Shown piece after piece: positions 39,016 through 44,701 of a stretch of 55,909 nucleotides of DNA. The position numbers were made by a program, and so were the translations under genes. Numbering within the stretch: position 1 is the first letter of the stretch; the number at the start of each line of letters is the position of its first letter. The DNA lies in the IMG/VR virus record IMGVR_UViG_3300030106_007522, positions 1 to 55,909 of that record, one strand, 5' to 3'. Under the pieces are notes generated by a model. The model saw only the letters and a list, made by a program, of their open reading frames with translations. It was not told the DNA's origin and did not search any database. This stretch comes from a virus. Its lineage: Duplodnaviria; Caudoviricetes.

Positions 39016-39654
39016 TTAGAAGCGTAGCTGGGCTGAAACAGTTACAACATTTGCATCATCTGCACCAGTCATTTGCTGGCGGAAGTATTCTGCACGGGCT
39101 GATAAATTATCAGTCAATGATGTTGCTGCTGCAGCAGTAATACGATTCTCTTTGATTCCGTTAACGTCTGCATGAATCTCATCACCAATGGATAAATCTA
39201 GGCTAAAGAAATGCAAATTAACATTCTTTGAAATCATGATTTGTTCACGAATGCGCAGATCCGTTTCATCAACTGCGGTAATATCCCCAGTCTCGTCAAG
39301 TTGTAATCGTAATCGATTTTGCAACCCTACTCCCATAGGCAAGGAAACAGAGGAATTCAAGTCTAATGACAAGCGGTTCTCTGATGTGCCTGCTGTGTTA
39401 GTGTTACGGACACGGAACTGAACTGCATTGTTATCGTTCAAATCCCTGCCAATAGCGAACACGGTATGCTCGTATGGAGCTGCCTTTGTAACCATGTCCT
39501 CACTAATGCTTAGATCATGACGAACTTGTTCCTCAACAGTGAGGGTGTTGTCGCCAACCTTAGCAGATGCAGTCGCTTCTAAACGAAGTTCGTCTGCATA
39601 ACTTACGGTACTTACCAAAAACGCCATAATGGTCGCTAATAGTGCTTTTTTCAT
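39016..39654 (-). CDS. Outer-membrane beta-barrel protein (porin/DUF2490-like)
   Basis: Sec signal (…VSYA), alternating amphipathic beta-strands (ENRLSLD, QNRLRLQ, RIREQI, ENRITA), C-terminal ...AQLRF with terminal Phe, and a strong RBS. Confidence 0.7.
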   Translation of the reverse strand: MKKALLATIMAFLVSTVSYADELRLEATASAKVGDNTLTVEEQVRHDLSISEDMVTKAAPYEHTVFAIGRDLNDNNAVQFRVRNTNTAGTSENRLSLDLNSSVSLPMGVGLQNRLRLQLDETGDITAVDETDLRIREQIMISKNVNLHFFSLDLSIGDEIHADVNGIKENRITAAAATSLTDNLSARAEYFRQQMTGADDANVVTVSAQLRF

Positions 39655-39786
39655 AGTTTTCTCCTTTTAATTCGCCTGCTTGATTGCAGGACGAGGTTCA
39701 AGTTGATACTATCTTATCATAGTTAAAGTAATTTGTAAAGTATTGCGAAGTTAAAGTAAAGGATTAACTTTGATGCGATGTGTCAT

Positions 39787-40239
39787 CTACCAGTCTTTAC
39801 AGGACCAATATCCAGCAGTGAATTTATCTTTCTTATTCTTGCAATCATGGCGACTGCGGAAGTCTGCCTTGTTCTCTGGATTGTCGCTCTTATTTTCCAT
39901 GTTGGCATCGCCGAACTTGACAATTTTCTCTTTGCCCTTCTTACATGCCTTCACAACTTTTTGCTTCTTTCCGTAACCTGTGTCGCCTTTTTTGAGATAA
40001 CGAGGGCTGTTGCATTTCATTCTATCTTTGTCAAAAGCTTCTTCGAGTTCTGATTCGTCGAGTTCTTTTTTAAGTTCGCAGCTGCCGTCTTCGTAATCTT
40101 CCTTTCCGTCCACCTTGACATATCCACCCCAACAAGGGTTTGTTTCTAAGAGTTCCTGGCGAACCATCTCTTCAATTTGTTCGCGAGTGTAGTTGTCTTC
40201 TTCTAAGAATTTGTTCCAGTTTTCAAATAATTTATTCAT
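39787..40239 (-). CDS. Phage protein with Cys/His-rich C-terminal domain (DUF6321-like)
   Basis: MNKLFENWNKFLEE leader, a PCWGGY..C module and KIVKFGD..M...FRSRHDC...TAGYWSCKDW. Confidence 0.6.
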   Translation of the reverse strand: MNKLFENWNKFLEEDNYTREQIEEMVRQELLETNPCWGGYVKVDGKEDYEDGSCELKKELDESELEEAFDKDRMKCNSPRYLKKGDTGYGKKQKVVKACKKGKEKIVKFGDANMENKSDNPENKADFRSRHDCKNKKDKFTAGYWSCKDW

Positions 40240-40406
40240 TTCTTTTTGCCTCGTTTCTTGAGCTTCTTTTCAATCTGCTCTAAGCGAACCTTTGTGATCT
40301 CATTGTCGATTTCAAGCTGACGTATCGTTGTTAATTGATAGGTCATAACACCAACCACCAAGGTGGTTACAAGTGCGGTTGCCAATTTAGTTAAATCAAG
40401 TTTCAT
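40236..40406 (-). CDS. Small single-TM protein with coiled coil (56 aa), not in ORF track
   Basis: MKLDLTKLATALVTTLVVGVMTYQLTTIRQLEIDNEITKVRLEQIEKKLKKRGKKK*. The stop overlaps the next start (ATGA). Confidence 0.6.
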   Translation of the reverse strand: MKLDLTKLATALVTTLVVGVMTYQLTTIRQLEIDNEITKVRLEQIEKKLKKRGKKK

Positions 40407-40411
40407 ATCTA

Positions 40412-40419
40412 TAAATAGT
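40412..40419 (-). promoter_or_regulatory. Representative copy of the candidate phage late-promoter motif (A)CTAYTTA
   Basis: The same motif precedes gene starts at 6493, 13579, 35042, 48790 and 53746. Variants occur at 3737, 20655, 36940 and 45436, and on the plus strand at 35098. Confidence 0.6.
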
Positions 40420-40424
40420 ATAAC

Positions 40425-40455
40425 AAAAAAAGAACACCCCCGTTAAGGGGTGTTC
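40425..40455 (-). terminator. Rho-independent terminator
   Basis: 9-bp stem GAACACCCC/GGGGTGTTC followed by a T-run on the minus strand. Confidence 0.85.
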
Positions 40456-40487
40456 CAGGCATCGAAACGATAGAGAAAAACCAAAAA

Positions 40488-41201
40488 CTATCGTTCACAA
40501 TATCCAACTCCAGGGGTCACACCATTCATAACACATTGGGTGTCTCCTGGGCAATTCGAATGACCAAAACAGATCTTTCCACAAAAGCCCGTTTCAGGGA
40601 TTACTTCAAAATTGTCAACATGACGAGAAAGACAAGCTAAAGGATAAATGCAGGATGATTGAAAGTTATAGATGTTCCCCTCAAGATTGCACTCGTCAGA
40701 GAAGCCGTCTTCGGTAGGTTGCTCTTCTTCGACAACTTCTTCCTCTACTGGGACTTCCTCTTCTTCGACAACTTCTTCCTCTACTGGGACTTCCTCTTCT
40801 TCAACAGGTTGTTCTTCTTCAGCAGGCTGTTCTTCTTCAACAGGTTCTTCTTCAACAGGTTCTTCTTCAACAGGTTCTTCTTCTGCTGGTTGCTCTTCTG
40901 CTGGTTGCTCTTCTGCTGGTTGCTCTTCTTGCACAGGTTCTTCTTCAACAGGTTGCTCCTCTTGCTCGACCTCTTCTTCAACAGGTTGCTCGGTTGCGTC
41001 CTCTTCTGGTGCCTGCTCTTCTTCAAAAACAATTCGCTCTGCATAAAACAGTTCTTCTACTTCTGGTGCAGTGTTCGCTTCCAGATACTCCAATTCTGTA
41101 ACTGGGAGTTCATTTTGGGTTTGCGGGTAAATAATAATAGTATCGGGTCCACAGGCGAGTGCGGGTAAAATCAAACAAGTGGTAATGGTTTTTTTAATCA
41201 T
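40488..41201 (-). CDS. Predicted lipoprotein with Glu/Pro-rich repeat stalk and Cys-rich C-terminal domain
   Basis: Lipobox LPALAC-G, PVEEE/PAEEQ repeats and 8 Cys in the last ~70 aa. AAGGAG RBS. Confidence 0.75.
   Translation of the reverse strand: MIKKTITTCLILPALACGPDTIIIYPQTQNELPVTELEYLEANTAPEVEELFYAERIVFEEEQAPEEDATEQPVEEEVEQEEQPVEEEPVQEEQPAEEQPAEEQPAEEEPVEEEPVEEEPVEEEQPAEEEQPVEEEEVPVEEEVVEEEEVPVEEEVVEEEQPTEDGFSDECNLEGNIYNFQSSCIYPLACLSRHVDNFEVIPETGFCGKICFGHSNCPGDTQCVMNGVTPGVGYCER
40722..40990. repeat. Coding tandem repeats (36-bp x2 and 15/18-bp units)
   Basis: ctcttcttcgacaacttcttcctctactgggacttc x2, ctcttctgctggttg repeats and ttcttcttcaacagg repeats. Confidence 0.85.
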
Positions 41202-41274
41202 GGTTTCTCCTTTTCAAAATGTGCCCTTATTATACACAACCAGAAAAAGAAAACAAGGAAAAAGATCTGTTTAA

Positions 41275-41437
41275 AATCAATGACTTAGGCAGAAAACGAC
41301 AATCAGGTACTTAGCCATCATTGCTGCACATAAACGAAAAAACAGGCACTTAGACCTGTTTTAAGGTGATCTCTAAAAAGTCAATAAAAACAGGTACTTA
41401 GCCTAAGTGCTTGATTTTAAAGGGTTTTTAGAGATCA
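41275..41437. repeat. Cluster of five IHF-box-like repeats and a 71-bp imperfect palindrome
   Basis: AATCAATGACTTA 41275, AATCAGGTACTTA 41301, AAACAGGCACTTA 41340, AAACAGGTACTTA 41388 and inverted AATCAAGCACTTA 41404-41416. The palindrome spans 41367-41437, centred on 41402. Confidence 0.8.
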
Positions 41438-41648
41438 GTTCTAAATCGTAATATCGCTCTTCCAAGATGTATTTGCAATCAATCTTCATGAAGTGCTCTG
41501 AGCCTTTTGCTGAAGCTCCGAACCAGTGGACCAGAAACTCTTCTCTTTCGTTAGGGCGATACTTTATAACCAATCCAATCAAATTAAAGTTATGTAAAGT
41601 GCCGCCGCGAACTAAGTCTCCGACCTGTATCCCGTTCAGCCGTTTCAC
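41403..41648 (-). CDS. Small hypothetical protein, SH3/KOW-like beta fold
   Basis: IQVGDLVR...GLVIKY...FLVHWFG...DLELIS. The GTGA start overlaps the lon stop. Confidence 0.6.
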   Translation of the reverse strand: MKRLNGIQVGDLVRGGTLHNFNLIGLVIKYRPNEREEFLVHWFGASAKGSEHFMKIDCKYILEERYYDLELISKNPLKSST

Positions 41649-44002
41649 TTCTCAAGTGCCAGCTCAAGAACCTCTTCGACTGTCTCCGGGAAAAAGATTT
41701 CTAAATCGTTTCGAACTGATTCTGGAATATCTTTTACATCTTTCTTATTCTTTGGTGGAAGAAGAACTCTTTTGATTCCTGCTCGGTGAGCAGCAATAAC
41801 TTTTTCTTTAATGCCACCAACTGGCAAGACCAAACCGCGCAAGGAAGTTTCTCCTGTCATAGCAGTGTCGGTGCGAACCTTTTTTCCAGTAAATAGAGAA
41901 ACAAGAGCGGTGGTGATTGTCACACCAGCAGATGGCCCGTCCTTCGGAACTGCACCTGCAGGAAAGTGAACATGAACATCTGTGTCTTCTAAGAACTTCT
42001 GTCCCTCTTCTGCTACACCAACCAAGTGTGCCTTCGAACGAACAAGACTGAGTGCCATTTTTGCTGACTCTGACATGACCTCGCCAATTTTACCTGTCAA
42101 TTGAAGTTGACCTTTTCCTGGAGCTTTGCTTGTTTCGATATATAATACATCTCCGCCTGCAGCTGTCCAAGCAAGACCAGTTGAAACACCTGGTTCTCTT
42201 GCTCTCGTATCGACTTCGTTGTCAAATTTAGTTTCTTCCAAAAAGTCTACAAGATTGTGTTCATTAACGACCTTGGAAAAGGGTGTATCTGGGCTTTCCT
42301 CTTTGTGAATTGCCAACTCTGCTGCAGTTACACGACATACACGAGCAATTTCTCTTTCAAGACCACGCACACCAGCTTCACGAGTGTAGCCGAGAATAAT
42401 TTTATTGATTGCTGCATCGCGAATCCTTAATTGAGCTGATTCCAAGCCGTTTGCTTTAATTTGTTTTGGAATCAAGTGGTTCTTTGCAATGTTGAGTTTC
42501 TCCTCATATGTGTACCCCGACAAACTAATGATTTCCATCCGGTCACGGAGAGGTCCGGGCACAGTAGAAATATCGTTAGCAGTGGCGATGAAAAGAACAT
42601 CGGACAAATCATAAGGATTGTCAACATAGTGATCCATGAATGTGTTATTCTGCTCTGGATCTAAAACTTCGAGCATTGCTGCTGCAGGATCGCCCTTATG
42701 GTCTTTACCCATCTTATCAATCTCATCTAAAAGAACAAGAGGATTGGTAACACCAACTTTGGTCATGCCTTTAATAATCTTTCCTGGCATTGCTCCAATG
42801 TATGTTTTTCGGTGGCCACGAATTTCTGATTCGTCTGCAACACCACCAAGGGAAATTCTGTTAAACTTGCGACCAAGAGCTGCTGCAATGGAGCGACCCA
42901 AGGATGTCTTACCAACGCCAGGAGGTCCAAGCAAACAAAGAATTGGTCCTCGCATGTCGTCTTTCAATTTGCGAACAGCGAGATATTCAATGATACGTTT
43001 TTTAACTTTCTCTAATCCGTAATGATCTGCATCAAGCTTTTCCTGAACTTTTGTTAGATCCAAGTTGTCTCTGGTTTTGACATCCCAGGGCAAATCTAAA
43101 AGAAGCTCAAGATGATTCAATGTTACATTATATTCAGCCTGACTTGGCTGCATGTTTCTCATCTTTTTAATTTCTTTTGTCATAAGCTTGACAACATCTT
43201 CAGGCAAGTCGATGGTTTTCATCTTTTGCTTAAGGGCTTCAAGATCATCGTTGTCCTCAGCTGCATCGCCGAGCTCATCTTTAATGGCTTTGAGTTGTTG
43301 GCGAAGATAATATTCTTTTTGATTCTTGGAAATTTCTTCTTTAACCTGAGTCTGAATTTTGCTTGACACATAAAGCATTTCTTGCTTTCGCCCAATCAAT
43401 TCTAAAGCTCTCATGATTCTGTCTCTAATGGAGAATGTTTCTAAAACTTCTTGTTTCTCCTCGACTGTCTCTGCGACGTTGCCTGCAACGATGTCTGCAA
43501 GGTTGCCCGGTTCTTCAACTCTTTCAATGAACTCTGCAACGTTAGAGGGCACTTCCTGCAAATATGCAATAATATCAAGGGAACTTTCCTTGAGAGTTTC
43601 GAAGAGGATTTGAACCTCTTCATCTTCAATGCCTTCTATCTCTTTTGGAATAGATTTTATCTTTGCAGTGAAGAAAGGTTCTTCGTCGATGTATTCAACA
43701 ACAGAAAATCTCTGAACTCCCTCAATCATGACATTGTAATGACCATCTGAGTTTTTGGAGAATTTGATAATCTTCGCCAGGGTGCCAACAGTATATAGGT
43801 CTGCTGCTCTTGGGCTCTCGTCCTCTAAATCCCTCTGGGCAACCACACCAATATAAGTGTTTTTCTTTATCGCATCCTCAATCAGCTTCATAGACTTATC
43901 TCTGCCAATCAAAAGTGGAACGACGGTGCCGGGGTAAAGAACGGAATTCTTTAAAGTTAAAATAGAAACTTCTTGTTCTTTCTCTTTTTTATTACCAAAC
44001 AT
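41645..44002 (-). CDS. lon: ATP-dependent Lon protease (LonA)
   Basis: Complete N-domain, DHYGLEKVKKRIIEYLAV, GPPGVGKTS, DEIDK, PKDGPSAG (catalytic Ser) and PVGGIKEK (catalytic Lys). Confidence 0.97.
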   Translation of the reverse strand: MFGNKKEKEQEVSILTLKNSVLYPGTVVPLLIGRDKSMKLIEDAIKKNTYIGVVAQRDLEDESPRAADLYTVGTLAKIIKFSKNSDGHYNVMIEGVQRFSVVEYIDEEPFFTAKIKSIPKEIEGIEDEEVQILFETLKESSLDIIAYLQEVPSNVAEFIERVEEPGNLADIVAGNVAETVEEKQEVLETFSIRDRIMRALELIGRKQEMLYVSSKIQTQVKEEISKNQKEYYLRQQLKAIKDELGDAAEDNDDLEALKQKMKTIDLPEDVVKLMTKEIKKMRNMQPSQAEYNVTLNHLELLLDLPWDVKTRDNLDLTKVQEKLDADHYGLEKVKKRIIEYLAVRKLKDDMRGPILCLLGPPGVGKTSLGRSIAAALGRKFNRISLGGVADESEIRGHRKTYIGAMPGKIIKGMTKVGVTNPLVLLDEIDKMGKDHKGDPAAAMLEVLDPEQNNTFMDHYVDNPYDLSDVLFIATANDISTVPGPLRDRMEIISLSGYTYEEKLNIAKNHLIPKQIKANGLESAQLRIRDAAINKIILGYTREAGVRGLEREIARVCRVTAAELAIHKEESPDTPFSKVVNEHNLVDFLEETKFDNEVDTRAREPGVSTGLAWTAAGGDVLYIETSKAPGKGQLQLTGKIGEVMSESAKMALSLVRSKAHLVGVAEEGQKFLEDTDVHVHFPAGAVPKDGPSAGVTITTALVSLFTGKKVRTDTAMTGETSLRGLVLPVGGIKEKVIAAHRAGIKRVLLPPKNKKDVKDIPESVRNDLEIFFPETVEEVLELALEK

Positions 44003-44022
44003 TTCATATCCCTCAGTTTTTG

Positions 44023-44382
44023 TTATTCATCTTTAAAATACGGATCTGGATTAAAAGCCTTCAATGTTTCCATCCACTCTGCAGCCTTTAAACCAAGAAA
44101 GTTTTGAGCTTCGATTTTTGAATGGCATGCACTGAGTGCATATTTAATCACTGCGTCCTTAATAACTAGTTCCAAGTACTTCCAAATCGGAATTCCATAC
44201 ATTTTACCGCCTGATGCTTGAGCGGATAATTCGAGCTTCAAACCAATCACTTCTTCCAAGGAGAGGCTGTTGAACATTGCCTCAAACTCATCAGTGATAT
44301 TCTTTTTCTTACGAAGGACTTTTGAAATCGAATAATTTTTGTTTGTACCCTCGTGGTACTTTGCTTTCTTCCAAGTTTCCAT
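44023..44382 (-). CDS. Hypothetical protein, possible C-terminal HTH
   Basis: 119 aa. VIKDAVIKYALSACHSKIEAQNFLGL resembles a Fis-type HTH (weak). Confidence 0.55.
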   Translation of the reverse strand: METWKKAKYHEGTNKNYSISKVLRKKKNITDEFEAMFNSLSLEEVIGLKLELSAQASGGKMYGIPIWKYLELVIKDAVIKYALSACHSKIEAQNFLGLKAAEWMETLKAFNPDPYFKDE

Positions 44383-44501
44383 ATGCTAACCTGCTTAGTA
44401 TTTGCTTATTAATAAAATAAATAATAATAAATAAAGATTGCTTAGTGCTTAGGATCTGCTTACTTGCTTAGTGCTACTTTGCATATCTGCTTATTTGCTT
44501 A
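44383..44501. repeat. TGCTTA hexamer array around an AT-rich core
   Basis: Eight exact TGCTTA copies at 44392, 44403, 44439, 44446, 44457, 44465, 44488 and 44496, plus variants. An A/T-only run spans about 44406-44435. Confidence 0.85.
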
Positions 44502-44676
44502 GATCCCATTATAGTTATAATGACACAGATCTCAGGATTTGTAAAGTACAAAATGCAAATAATATAAAAAAAGTATTCTCAGGAAAATCTTTAATAAATT
44601 GTTGTTCAATGGGACGGCGGTTTCGGAGCCGTTTTTCGTTCGACCCTTGCCGTGACCCACGATGATCAATAGAAAG

Positions 44677-44701
44677 AAAAAAAGGGGCTTTAAACCCCTT
44701 T
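44677..44701 (-). terminator. Rho-independent terminator overlapping the stop codon of the 890-aa gene
   Basis: Minus strand AAAGGGGTTTAAAGCCCCTTTTTTT. Confidence 0.75.

Noticed and set aside
40659-41168. Phe/Leu-rich and Ser-rich plus-strand ORFs, and a Lys-rich alternate-frame ORF
   Set aside because: They are antisense or frame artefacts of the Glu-rich repeats in the lipoprotein gene.
41229-41256. Sigma70-like promoter (TTGTTT-N16-TATAAT) upstream of the lipoprotein gene
   Set aside because: The -10 is good but the -35 is weak and the spacer short. Plausible, but not supported well enough to list.
41275-41416. Possible mini-CRISPR array (given the Cas4-like gene)
   Set aside because: The repeats are only about 13 bp, degenerate, irregularly spaced and partly inverted. 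There is no cas1/cas2 or effector gene.
24378-44002. Cellular (bacterial chromosome) origin suggested by lon, cysC, kamA, phoH and the GTs
   Set aside because: These genes are interleaved with baseplate genes, a gp55-like sigma factor and phage-type hypotheticals, and share the same upstream motif. Typical bacterial operon partners (clpX, cysDN, efp) are absent.
44636-44660. tRNA/tmRNA-like 3' end (GTTCGACCC...CCCA)
   Set aside because: The bases flanking TTCGA do not form a T-stem and no cloverleaf can be built.
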